Origin: an uncultured Bordetella sp.
GTDB taxonomy: Bacteria; Pseudomonadota; Gammaproteobacteria; Burkholderiales; SG8-39
Direction of reading: 5' to 3'
NCBI GenBank assembly: GCA_964385505.1
Contig: CAYLPI010000006.1
Span: forward strand, 1 to 56,174
DNA: 56,174 nt
Shown here piece by piece: positions 19,542 to 28,539 of the stretch. Within the stretch, counting starts at the first letter, position 1, and every line of letters starts with the position of its first letter. A model generated the notes under the pieces. The model worked only from the letters and a program-made list of their open reading frames with translations, made no database searches and had not been told where the DNA came from. A program made the translations under genes and the position numbers.

Positions 19542-19649
19542 CGCGGCAGCCGCAATTCCCTTGCCGGCGGGCGGCGGTGACAGCCGTCGCCCACGCTGCG
19601 CCGGCATGCCTTTGCACACCATTTCACGGCCGGTCGGAATAGTCTTCCC

Positions 19650-21575
19650 ATGAACGCTGAACATCACATCGCCGGTCCCCAAGCTGCAGACGGCTGGGCG
19701 CGTGTCAGCCTCGGCCTGCAGACGCTGCTGGTTGTCTCTGTCATCGCCTGGATACTGGACCTGCCTCGGGGCTGGTTCGGTTTTTCGCTTTATACCGAGC
19801 AGTTCCTGCTCACCGTCATTGGCTTTGCGCTCGCGCTCGCCTTTCTGACGCAACCAATTCACCCGCGGCTTGCCGGCCGTGTCGCCTGGTGGGACGCCGT
19901 CCTTGCTACAGGCGGCCTTGCGCTGTGCCTTTACCTCGCCTGGCGCTATCCGGACTTGTCGAATGAACTGTCTTCGCGTCCGCTCGACGGCGTACTGATG
20001 GCCGCCGCGCTGGCGCTGCTGGTTATTGAAGCCACCCGTCGCACCGCCGGCATCTCGCTTGTGTTGGTGGTGTTGGGTGGCGTCGCCTACGCCATGTTGG
20101 GCACCCACCTGCCAGGCGTGTTCCAGTCGCGACCGGTAGAGTTCACGCGGCTGCTGGTGTACCTCGGGCTTGATACCAACGCGCTGCTGGGTGCGCCGGT
20201 CAGCATCGGGATCACGGTCGTGGTGCCGTTCATCCTGATGGGCCAGATTTTGTCGCGCTGCGGCGGCTCGGAGTTTTTTACCGATCTTGCGCGCGCGTGC
20301 ATGGGCCGATATCGGGGCGGCTCGGCCAAAATCGCCGTTGCCGGTTCGGCATTTTTCGGCATGATTTCCGGCAGTGCCGTCGCCAACGTCTCGGCGGTTG
20401 GTGTGGTGACCATACCGATGATGAAACGTGCCGGATTCCCGGCAAAAGTCGCCGCAGCAGTCGAAGCGGTTGGTTCGACCGGTGGCCAGCTGATGCCCCC
20501 GGTGATGGGGGCGGCGGCTTTCCTGATGGCGGAAATCCTGCAGGTTTCCTATGCCTCGGTCGCACTCGCGGCGGCGATTCCGGCACTGCTTTATTACATG
20601 GCACTGTTTTTCCAGGTCGATCTGGAAGCGGCAAAACGCGGAATTCTCGGCGAGGAGGCCGATAAACTGCCGCGCGCCGGCGAGGTGTTGCGCGCCGGCT
20701 GGTACTTCCCGATTCCCTTTGCCGTGTTGATAGGCGCGCTGCTGATCTTCGGGTTGCGCGCGGAATATTGCGCGCTACTCGCCACCGCAGTGCTCATTTT
20801 TTGCGCGCTTGTCTTCGGCTACAGGGGGCGCCGCTATTCGGTCTGGCAGGTGTTGCGTGCCGCCATTTCTACCGGTGGCGCGGTTATCGACCTGATAATG
20901 ATCTGCGCCACCGCCGGCATGTTCATCGGCATTCTCAATATCAGCGGGCTCGCGTTCGGGCTGACGCTGCAATTGCTGACCATTACCGGACAGAACATTC
21001 TGCTGTTGCTGGTCATTACCGCCGCGCTGGGCGTGCTGCTGGGCATGGGCATGCCGACGGTTGGGGTGTACATCATCATGGCCACCCTGATCGCGCCGGC
21101 GCTGGTGAAGGCGGGCATCACGCCGATGGCGGCGCACATGTTCGTACTTTATTTCGGCATCATGTCGATGGTGACGCCACCGGTGGCGCTGGCCGCGTTT
21201 GCTGCAGCCAATATCGGCGGCGCCGATCCCAACCAGACCGGCTGGACGGCGATGCGCATCGGCTGGAGCGCCTATATTATTCCGTTCCTGTTCGTGTTCT
21301 CGCCAAGCCTGCTGATGCAAGGTGATGTGCTGACCATCGCTTTCGCCGTGCTTACCGCCTCGCTCGGCGTTTGGGTCGCAACTATCGGTGTGGTCGGCTT
21401 TTTCTCGGCGCCCATTCCACCCTCGTTGCGCTTGCTGTTCATTCTCGCCGGGGTACTGATGCTGATTCCCGCTGATGCCTTCCGCGGCGCAATTTTCACC
21501 GATCTCGCCGGATTGGCGCTTGGCGCGGTCCTGCTGACCCGCGAATTTCGTCGTAAGCGTTCGCTAACAGCCTGA
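19650..21575 (+). CDS. TRAP transporter fused 4TM/12TM permease (TAXI type)
   Basis: 641-aa polytopic membrane ORF directly downstream of the TAXI receptor gene. Confidence 0.85.
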   Translation: MNAEHHIAGPQAADGWARVSLGLQTLLVVSVIAWILDLPRGWFGFSLYTEQFLLTVIGFALALAFLTQPIHPRLAGRVAWWDAVLATGGLALCLYLAWRYPDLSNELSSRPLDGVLMAAALALLVIEATRRTAGISLVLVVLGGVAYAMLGTHLPGVFQSRPVEFTRLLVYLGLDTNALLGAPVSIGITVVVPFILMGQILSRCGGSEFFTDLARACMGRYRGGSAKIAVAGSAFFGMISGSAVANVSAVGVVTIPMMKRAGFPAKVAAAVEAVGSTGGQLMPPVMGAAAFLMAEILQVSYASVALAAAIPALLYYMALFFQVDLEAAKRGILGEEADKLPRAGEVLRAGWYFPIPFAVLIGALLIFGLRAEYCALLATAVLIFCALVFGYRGRRYSVWQVLRAAISTGGAVIDLIMICATAGMFIGILNISGLAFGLTLQLLTITGQNILLLLVITAALGVLLGMGMPTVGVYIIMATLIAPALVKAGITPMAAHMFVLYFGIMSMVTPPVALAAFAAANIGGADPNQTGWTAMRIGWSAYIIPFLFVFSPSLLMQGDVLTIAFAVLTASLGVWVATIGVVGFFSAPIPPSLRLLFILAGVLMLIPADAFRGAIFTDLAGLALGAVLLTREFRRKRSLTA

Positions 21576-21618
21576 GGCGCGCCATGAGTTCGGGGGGCGC
21601 TTGCGCACCCCTTTCCAA

Positions 21619-22593
21619 TCAGGAATCGTGCTGGCGTCTTTGTGCGCTGCCTTTGGCGCGGAATTCGGATAACGGCGGCATCAGGTAGCGGCGCAGTTCC
21701 TTGTGGTCCGCCGTCGGGCCATCGGGAAGCGGTCGGGTGCCGGCGATGGTTACGCGCTCCATCAGGCGGCGCTGCGGGTAGTAGTCATGCAGTGCCGAGT
21801 GCTGCACGTGACGGTTATCCCAGAACACCAGCATGTTGGGCTGCCAGCAATGGCGATACTGGTATTCGTGGATGAGGGTTTTGCGATACAGCATCTCGAG
21901 GATCATGCGGCTCTCGTCCTCGGCCATGCCCTTGATATAGAGCGTGAACTGCGGGTTGACGAAAATTACCTTCTTGCCCGTCATCGGATGCACCGCGACG
22001 AGGGGGTGGGTGACCGGCGGGTAGAGATCCTCGAATTTGCGCAGTTTTTCGATACCGGCGCGGTCTTCCGCGAACAGGCTGCGGAAGGGCTTGAAGTCGT
22101 GCACCGCCTCGAGCCCCGAGAGAAACTGCTGCCAGCGGTCGGACAGGCCTTCGTACACCGCGCTCATGCTGGCAAAGGCCGTGTTGCCGCCCACTTCGGG
22201 GATGAGCTTGGAGCACAAGGCGGTTCCCATGGGGGGCGCTTCGCGAAAGGTCTCGTCGGTGTGCCAGATGTCGGTCGGCGCCGGAGGGTTGCCCTCCTTG
22301 TTGTCGTAGACGATCAATTCCGGCGTGTCAGCCGCGCTGGTTGAGAACGGATGGACGCTCAATTTGCCGAAGTAGCGCCCGAAGCGCTTGAGGTCCTCGG
22401 AAGAAATGACCTGATTGGGGAACACCAGCACACCGTGCTCGGCGTGGGCCTGCTTGAGGGCCTCAATGATCGGATCTTCCATCGGTTTCGCCAGATCGAT
22501 CCCGGTGATTTCAGCCCCGAGGAAAACGCCTACACGCTTTATCCCGAGGCTGTTCGCTTGAATGCGTGGCGCCGCTGCAGTTGTTGCGCTCAT
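21619..22593 (-). CDS. TauD/TfdA-family Fe(II)/2-oxoglutarate-dependent dioxygenase
   Basis: From the ATG at 22591-22593: MSATTAAAPRIQ…GVFLGAEITGIDL…IWHTDETF (HxD)…FWDNRHVQHSA. Confidence 0.8.
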   Translation of the reverse strand: MSATTAAAPRIQANSLGIKRVGVFLGAEITGIDLAKPMEDPIIEALKQAHAEHGVLVFPNQVISSEDLKRFGRYFGKLSVHPFSTSAADTPELIVYDNKEGNPPAPTDIWHTDETFREAPPMGTALCSKLIPEVGGNTAFASMSAVYEGLSDRWQQFLSGLEAVHDFKPFRSLFAEDRAGIEKLRKFEDLYPPVTHPLVAVHPMTGKKVIFVNPQFTLYIKGMAEDESRMILEMLYRKTLIHEYQYRHCWQPNMLVFWDNRHVQHSALHDYYPQRRLMERVTIAGTRPLPDGPTADHKELRRYLMPPLSEFRAKGSAQRRQHDS

Positions 22594-22747
22594 TGCGTTC
22601 CGTCCTTTCGTTGCTGGTATCGGCAGCGCGTGGGTTTTGCGTCTTCCCCTGCGGGGTGTAGCGGCGCAAAGCGTGTCGCTTTTGTGAACGATTATAGACC
22701 GAAGAACCAACCGGTTCAGCGTCACCTTGCCGTTGGCCGGCGCTTTT

Positions 22748-24349
22748 TCAGAAGGCGGCCACACTCCCGTCGCTGCGCGGATCGGCACCGCCTTCGAGCA
22801 CGCCATTCGAATGGCGCACAATGGCGCCGGCGTGCCCCACCGTTTCGTCGTACTCACCCAGCACCTCGGTGTCGTGGCCCATGGCATTGAGCGTGGCGAT
22901 CACCTCGGCCGGGAAGCGTGATTCGAGCTTGAGGGTTTCGCTGACCTGCCCCCAGGTGCGCCCGAGCAGCCAGCGCGGCGCGCTCACCGCCTGCTGCGGT
23001 GTCATGCCGAAGCCGACAATGCGGCTGAACAGCGCCGACTGCGTCTGCGGCTGACCGTCGCCGCCCATGGTGCCGTACACCATGTTGCGGCCGTCTTTGA
23101 GGCGGGCCATGGCCGGATTGAGGGTGTGAAAGGGTTTGCGGCCCGGGCGCAGGCTGTTGAGTTTGGCCGGGTCGAGCGCAAAGCTGCAGCCGCGGTTTTG
23201 CCAGTTGATGCCCGAGTCGCCGAGCACCACCCCCGAGCCGAACTCGTGATAAATGCTCTGGATGAAAGACACCATGCGGCCCTCGCCGTCGATGACCCCC
23301 ATCCAGATGGTGTCGCCCGGGCCCTTGCCGCTGCCCCAGGGCGCGGCGACATTGCGGTCGATGTTCGACGCCATGGCGCGGATGTGCGAGGGCTGCAGCA
23401 AGTCCTGCGGATTGACGCTCATGTAGGCCGGATCGGTGACATGGCGGTCGCGCACGCGAAATGCCTGCTTGGTCGCCTCGACCGCGAGGTGCACATAGTC
23501 GGCGCCGGCCGGGTCGGCTTTGTCGGCCCGCAGTTCGTCCATGATGCCCAGGATCATCAGCGACACCACGCCTTGCGTCGGCGGCGTCATGTTGTAAACG
23601 TCGCCGGCGGAATGGGCCAGATGCAGCGGGTCGCGCAGGCCGGCGCGATGGGCCGCGAGGTCGGCCAGTACCAGCGGACTTCCGGCGCGCTTGAGGTCGG
23701 CGGCAATGGACTGCGCCAGTTCGCCGCGGTAGTAGTCGTCGGTGCCGGCCTTGGCGATGCGCCGCAGCGTTGCGCCGATGCGCTTTTGCAGAAACACGCT
23801 GCCGGTGGCCGGCACTTCACCGCCGACCAGAAAAGTTTCGGCAAAGCCCGGCTGTGGCAGCAGTTCGGCTTTTTTGTTACTGGTATTGACCATCTGGCTG
23901 CGCGTCACCGGGATGCCGTGCTCGGCATAGTGGATGGCATCCTCGAGCAGGCGCGACAGCGGCATGCGCCCGCCCAGAGATTGGCGCGATAGCTTGTGTG
24001 CCGCGCCCCAGCCCGAAATCGTGCCGGCAACGGTGTTGGCGGCGATGCCGCCGCGAAACGGAATGCTGGCGGTGATTTGCCGCTCGCGGTACCAGTCGAT
24101 GGACGCCGCCTGAGCCGCCGCACCGCAGGCGTCGATGGCCCCCGGTGCCTGGCCCGGTACCGACAACAGCCAGAAGCTGTCGCCGCCGATGGAGTTCATG
24201 TGCGGATAGACCACGGCAATCGTCGCCGCAGCGCTGATCATGGCCTCGATGGCGTTGCCGCCTTCACGCAGCACGGCGAGGGCGGACTGGCTGGCAAGGG
24301 CGTGGGGGGCGACGGCCATGCCGCGCGTACCCCGGATGGAATTGATCAT
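22748..24349 (-). CDS. ggt: Gamma-glutamyltransferase-family (Ntn hydrolase) protein, no signal peptide
   Basis: 533 aa. MINSIRGTRGMAVAPHALASQSALAVLREGGNAIEA… and GDTIWMGVIDGEGRMVSFIQSIY, the autoprocessing Thr region. Confidence 0.85.
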   Translation of the reverse strand: MINSIRGTRGMAVAPHALASQSALAVLREGGNAIEAMISAAATIAVVYPHMNSIGGDSFWLLSVPGQAPGAIDACGAAAQAASIDWYRERQITASIPFRGGIAANTVAGTISGWGAAHKLSRQSLGGRMPLSRLLEDAIHYAEHGIPVTRSQMVNTSNKKAELLPQPGFAETFLVGGEVPATGSVFLQKRIGATLRRIAKAGTDDYYRGELAQSIAADLKRAGSPLVLADLAAHRAGLRDPLHLAHSAGDVYNMTPPTQGVVSLMILGIMDELRADKADPAGADYVHLAVEATKQAFRVRDRHVTDPAYMSVNPQDLLQPSHIRAMASNIDRNVAAPWGSGKGPGDTIWMGVIDGEGRMVSFIQSIYHEFGSGVVLGDSGINWQNRGCSFALDPAKLNSLRPGRKPFHTLNPAMARLKDGRNMVYGTMGGDGQPQTQSALFSRIVGFGMTPQQAVSAPRWLLGRTWGQVSETLKLESRFPAEVIATLNAMGHDTEVLGEYDETVGHAGAIVRHSNGVLEGGADPRSDGSVAAF

Positions 24350-24417
24350 GCTGCTTTCCGGTAAACCAAAACGAGATTGTAAGCCAGCTTGCGCGCCGGC
24401 CTTTTGCGGCGGGCGAT

Positions 24418-24451
24418 GGCTGGAAACGCCCGACTGGCGGGCATTTCCAGC
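24418..24451 (+). repeat. REP-like hairpin element, copy C (best-formed hairpin)
   Basis: GGCTGGAAAC-GCCCG-ACTGG-CGGGC-ATTTCCAGC. Outer stem GCTGGAAA/TTTCCAGC, inner stem GCCCG/CGGGC. Confidence 0.8.
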
Positions 24452-24489
24452 TTGTGTTCTCAGCCGGCGGCGGTCACCAGCCCGGGACC

Positions 24490-24942
24490 TCAGGACTGGG
24501 TCCAGGGCAGACCGGAATGCACCCAGCCGCCGACGCCGTTGCGGTGGTTCTGTGTATCCTTGTCGCCCTGAAAGCCCTGCAGCACATTAAAGCACTGCGT
24601 ATAGCCTGCCGCCGTTGCCGCGGTCGCTGCGTTGTGCGAGCGCACGCCGCTGCGACATAGGAACAGAACCGGGTTGCCATCGGGCACTGCGGCCTGCATT
24701 TCGGTGATGAAAGCGGTATTGGGCTTGCTGCCCGGCCAACTGTTCCATTCGATCTCTGTGGCGCCGGGAACCCGCCCGACGAACTCCAGTTCTGGCTTCG
24801 TTCTGACATCGATCAATCGCGCGCCGGGCTGGGCTTGCAGTAATGCATACGCTTCCGCCGGCAGAAGGGCGCCGGCATAAGCCAGCTTCATCTCCAGGGC
24901 GCGTTGTCTGGCTCTGGCTAAAAGATTTTCTGCAGATTCCAT
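24490..24942 (-). CDS. Rhodanese-domain sulfurtransferase
   Basis: MESAENLL…ARLIDVRTKPELEFVG…VLFLCRSGVRSHNAA, an active-site CRSGxRS loop. Confidence 0.8.
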   Translation of the reverse strand: MESAENLLARARQRALEMKLAYAGALLPAEAYALLQAQPGARLIDVRTKPELEFVGRVPGATEIEWNSWPGSKPNTAFITEMQAAVPDGNPVLFLCRSGVRSHNAATAATAAGYTQCFNVLQGFQGDKDTQNHRNGVGGWVHSGLPWTQS

Positions 24943-25045
24943 GACTGTGTACCGCCTTTCAAGTTGAGGGTGGGACGCCTGAAAATGAGTGGTCGTGGTG
25001 CAAATTCCCAACTTCGCACCACAGTGTGGCGGCTATGGTTGAAAA

Positions 25046-25062
25046 TGCACCAAATTAGTGCA
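25046..25062. promoter_or_regulatory. Candidate NtrC binding site upstream of glnA
   Basis: TGCACCAAATTAGTGCA is close to the TGCACC-N5-GGTGCA palindrome. A weaker site, tcgcaccacagtgtggcg, lies at 25014-25031. Confidence 0.55.
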
Positions 25063-25239
25063 GTGACGTTTTGCTTTTGGTGCTTGTGGCACAATGATTC
25101 GGCTAGATTTTGATGATGGCATGCTTTCTGCTGATTTCAACGTTCGCAGAGGCATTTCTGGTGTCGCGTGTCGCTACCCGCCCGCCACAGAACACGACAA
25201 CCAACGACTTTTACGCAACCCGCACTTTAGGAGAAAAAA

Positions 25240-26655
25240 ATGGCATTGTCTGCCGCCGACGTACTCAAGATGATCAAGGATCAGGAAGTCAAGTTCGTTG
25301 ACATCCGTTTCACCGATACCAGGGGTAAGGAGCAGCACGTCCAGGTGCCGCATCACCAGTTCACCCAGGACAAGTTCGACAACGGCCACGCCTTTGACGG
25401 TTCGTCGATCGCCGGTTGGAAGGGTATCGAAGCCTCGGACATGCTGCTGTACCCGGACCCGGATTCGGCGCGCATCGACCCGTTCACCGACGAGACCACG
25501 CTTAATATCACCTGCGACGTCATCGAGCCCTCGACCGGCAAGGGCTACGACCGCGACCCGCGCTCGCTCGCCAAGCGCGCCGAGGCCTTCCTCAAGTCGA
25601 GCGGCCTGGGCGATGTCGCCTACTTTGGCCCCGAGCCCGAGTTCTTCATTTTCGACTCGGTCACCTGGAACGCCGATATGTCGGGTTCGTTTGTGAAAAT
25701 CAGCTCGGAAGAAGCGCCCTGGTCGAGCAGCATCGAGTACGACGGCGGTAACATGGCGCACCGAGCGCCGGTCAAGGGCGGTTATTTCCCTGTTCCGCCG
25801 ACCGATACGCTGCAGGACATTCGAAATGCGATGTCGCTCGCGCTGGAGGCCCAGGGCGTTGAAGTCGAGGTCTTCCACCACGAGGTTGCTACGGCCGGGC
25901 AGTGCGAAATCGGCACCCGTTTCAACAGCCTGGTGAAGCGCGCCGACTGGAACCAGATCCTCAAGTACACCGTGCACATGGTCGCCGCCTCGTATGGCAA
26001 GACCGCCACCTTCATGCCCAAACCGGTCGTCGGCGACAATGGATCGGGCATGCACGTGCACCAATCGGTATGGAAGGACGGCAAGAACCTGTTCGCCGGC
26101 GACGGCTACGCCGGCCTGTCGGACTTCGCGCTGTACTACATCGGCGGCATCATCAAGCACGCCAAGGCGCTCAACGCCATCACCAACCCCGGTACCAACA
26201 GCTACAAGCGACTGGTTCCCGGCTTCGAAGCGCCGATCAACCTGGCGTACTCGGCACGCAACCGCTCGGCGTCCTGCCGTATTCCCTATGTCACGAATCC
26301 GGCCGCACGTCGTGTCGAAGTGCGATTCCCCGACCCGACCGCCAACCCCTACATGGCCTTCGCCGCGCTGCTGATGGCCGGCCTCGACGGCGTGCAGAAC
26401 AAGATCCACCCTGGCGAGCCCATCGACAAGGACCTCTACCACCTGCCGCCGGAAGAGGCGGCCAAGGTGCCGACGGTTTGCCATTCGCTCGACCAGGCGC
26501 TGGCCGAACTGGATAAGGATCGCGGCTTCCTGACCAAGGGCGGCGTGTTCTCGGATGACATGCTCGATGCCTATATCGCACTCAAGATGGATGAAGTCAC
26601 GCGTTTCCGCATGACCACGCACCCGATTGAGTTCGACATGTATTACAGCTTGTAA
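25240..26655 (+). CDS. glnA: Glutamine synthetase type I
   Basis: 471 aa. [33 protein letters not shown]…, [10 protein letters not shown], adenylylation-site region …[11 protein letters not shown]. Confidence 0.95.
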   Translation: MALSAADVLKMIKDQEVKFVDIRFTDTRGKEQHVQVPHHQFTQDKFDNGHAFDGSSIAGWKGIEASDMLLYPDPDSARIDPFTDETTLNITCDVIEPSTGKGYDRDPRSLAKRAEAFLKSSGLGDVAYFGPEPEFFIFDSVTWNADMSGSFVKISSEEAPWSSSIEYDGGNMAHRAPVKGGYFPVPPTDTLQDIRNAMSLALEAQGVEVEVFHHEVATAGQCEIGTRFNSLVKRADWNQILKYTVHMVAASYGKTATFMPKPVVGDNGSGMHVHQSVWKDGKNLFAGDGYAGLSDFALYYIGGIIKHAKALNAITNPGTNSYKRLVPGFEAPINLAYSARNRSASCRIPYVTNPAARRVEVRFPDPTANPYMAFAALLMAGLDGVQNKIHPGEPIDKDLYHLPPEEAAKVPTVCHSLDQALAELDKDRGFLTKGGVFSDDMLDAYIALKMDEVTRFRMTTHPIEFDMYYSL

Positions 26656-26676
26656 TAGGTCGGCAAGGCGTTGTGG

Positions 26677-26706
26677 AAAACGGGGGCAATACAGCCCCCG
26701 TTTTTA
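26677..26706 (+). terminator. Rho-independent terminator of glnA
   Basis: cgggggc-aataca-gcccccg followed by ttttta. Confidence 0.8.
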
Positions 26707-26828
26707 TTAAGTGAGTCGTAAAAAGGTTTGAAATCATGTGGGTTCTGGCCTAGACTTAATGTTCTATCTTGATGTGTCGCATGCCCCGTCGCATGCCCAA
26801 CTTGCCCATGCCCGACTTGCCCCTGCAT

Positions 26829-27317
26829 ATGGTGCGTTTCCTTACCGGGTCCGTTTTGTGTTGCGCCAGCGCACTGGCGCAGGCGCAAGGCGGCAGCACG
26901 ACCTATTTGTGCAAGGACGAGAACGGCCGCTCGACCTATACCAACGTCAAAGAAGAAATGATCGGCAAGAAGTGCACGGCGGTGAGCCGCGAGGTGTCCG
27001 TCGTGCCGGTGATGCCGGTCGTACCGGCCCCGCGCGCGCCGGCGACCACGGCGCCCGCGGGTTTTCCGCGCGTCGATGCGGCTACGCAGAAATCCCGCGA
27101 CGACGGACGGCGCAAGATCCTGCAGAACGAGCTCACCGCCGAGCAGCAGATGTTCAGGGAGGCGCAGCAAAAACTGGTCGAGCAGGAGAAGGTGCGCACC
27201 GGCGAGGAGCGCAATTACGCCAAGGTGGCGGAGCGCCTTCAGCCGTTCAAGGACAAGCTCGACCAGCACCAGAAAAACATCGAGGCGCTGCAAAAGGAAC
27301 TTACCAACCTGAAGTAA
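26829..27317 (+). CDS. DUF4124-domain secreted protein with coiled-coil C-terminus
   Basis: From the ATG at 26829: MVRFLTGSVLCCASALAQAQGGSTTYLCKDENGRSTYTN, then a Pro/Ala linker and a charged helical tail. This is the conserved slot between glnA and ntrB. Confidence 0.7.
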   Translation: MVRFLTGSVLCCASALAQAQGGSTTYLCKDENGRSTYTNVKEEMIGKKCTAVSREVSVVPVMPVVPAPRAPATTAPAGFPRVDAATQKSRDDGRRKILQNELTAEQQMFREAQQKLVEQEKVRTGEERNYAKVAERLQPFKDKLDQHQKNIEALQKELTNLK

Positions 27318-27355
27318 GCGTGGTCCCCTGCCACGACCGCCGGCACTGACCCGGC

Positions 27356-28426
27356 ATGCCGGCCCCCGTGTTCTCCGGACTTGATCTGATCGCCACGGCG
27401 GTGGTTGCGCTCGATGAGCGCCTGACGGTCCAGTATCTGAATCCTGCGGCGGAAACGCTGTTCGAGGTTGGTCGCAAGGGCATCCTGGGCCATCCCTTCC
27501 TGAATTTGTTCGTGCACACCGAGGAGCTGGCGGCGAGGCTGCAGCAGGCGATGAGCAGCGGCTGGGGGTTTGCCGAGCAGGAGCTCATCCTCGGCCGCGT
27601 CGGCCTGGAGCCGCTCGCGCTCAACTGCATCGCCACGCCGGTCGAAGCGGGTGCGGTCCAGCTTGTGATCGAGTTGCGCCCGATTGAACAGCAGTTACGC
27701 ATCGAGCGCGAAGAACAACAGCTCAATCAACACCTGGCCAATCGCGAACTGATCCGCAATCTCGCGCACGAGATCAAGAATCCGCTCGGTGGCTTGCGCG
27801 GATCGGCGCAGTTGCTCGAGCGTGAACTCGATCGCGCCGACCTGCGCGAATACACCCAGGTCATCATCAAGGAGGCCGACCGGCTGCAGGCCTTGATGGA
27901 CCGCCTGCTCACGCCGCACCGCCCGCCGCATATCGGGCCGGTGAATATCCACGAAGTGTGCGAACGGGTGCGCAGCCTGATCCTGGCGGAATTTCCCGAC
28001 GGCATCCGCATTCGCCGCAACTACGACACCAGCCTGCCCGAAATCCAGGGTGATCGGGAGCAGTTGATACAGGTGATCCTGAATATTGCGCGCAACGCGG
28101 CGCAAGCCATCGTCGCCCAGCCGGCAACCTGGCCGCAGTTGTGCGGCACCGGCACGATTGAACTGTGTACCCGCGTGGCGCGGCAGGTCACCCTGGTGCG
28201 GAAACGCTATCGCCTGGCATTAGAATTGCAAGTGATAGACGATGGACCAGGTATTCCACAGGAAATCCGCGACAGGGTGTTTTATCCCCTGGTTTCGGGC
28301 CGCGACGGCGGCACCGGTCTTGGCCTCACGCTGGCCCAGACGTTTGTCCAGCACCATCACGGCGTCATCGAGGTGGACAGCCAGCCGGGCAAGACGAATT
28401 TTCGCATCGTCCTGCCCTTGTCCTGA
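27356..28426 (+). CDS. ntrB: Nitrogen regulation sensor histidine kinase NtrB
   Basis: PAS N-terminus, H-box NLAHEIKNPLGGLRGSAQLLE, C-terminal N/G boxes (ILNIARNAAQA, DDGPGIP, GTGLGL). Confidence 0.9.
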   Translation: MPAPVFSGLDLIATAVVALDERLTVQYLNPAAETLFEVGRKGILGHPFLNLFVHTEELAARLQQAMSSGWGFAEQELILGRVGLEPLALNCIATPVEAGAVQLVIELRPIEQQLRIEREEQQLNQHLANRELIRNLAHEIKNPLGGLRGSAQLLERELDRADLREYTQVIIKEADRLQALMDRLLTPHRPPHIGPVNIHEVCERVRSLILAEFPDGIRIRRNYDTSLPEIQGDREQLIQVILNIARNAAQAIVAQPATWPQLCGTGTIELCTRVARQVTLVRKRYRLALELQVIDDGPGIPQEIRDRVFYPLVSGRDGGTGLGLTLAQTFVQHHHGVIEVDSQPGKTNFRIVLPLS

Positions 28427-28539
28427 ATACAGCCCCGGAGCCGCCGCGCCACCCCGGTTTTGCCAGCAGCCAATCCGCGCGGGCGTGGGCGGGGACTTCC
28501 CTTCATTTTGAAACGCATATTCAGAAAGAGCACACAACC

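Noticed and set aside
21592-21616. Possible convergent terminator ggggggcgc…gcgcacccc between the TRAP permease and tauD genes.
   Set aside because: The stem is imperfect, with a bulged A, and the T-run is short (tttcc). That is too weak to annotate without 3'-end data.
25087-25103. Sigma-54 promoter call for glnA (TGGCAC-N5-TTCGG).
   Set aside because: I did not annotate it as a feature because the -12 element deviates from TTGC at the critical GC. It is kept only as a hypothesis in the findings.
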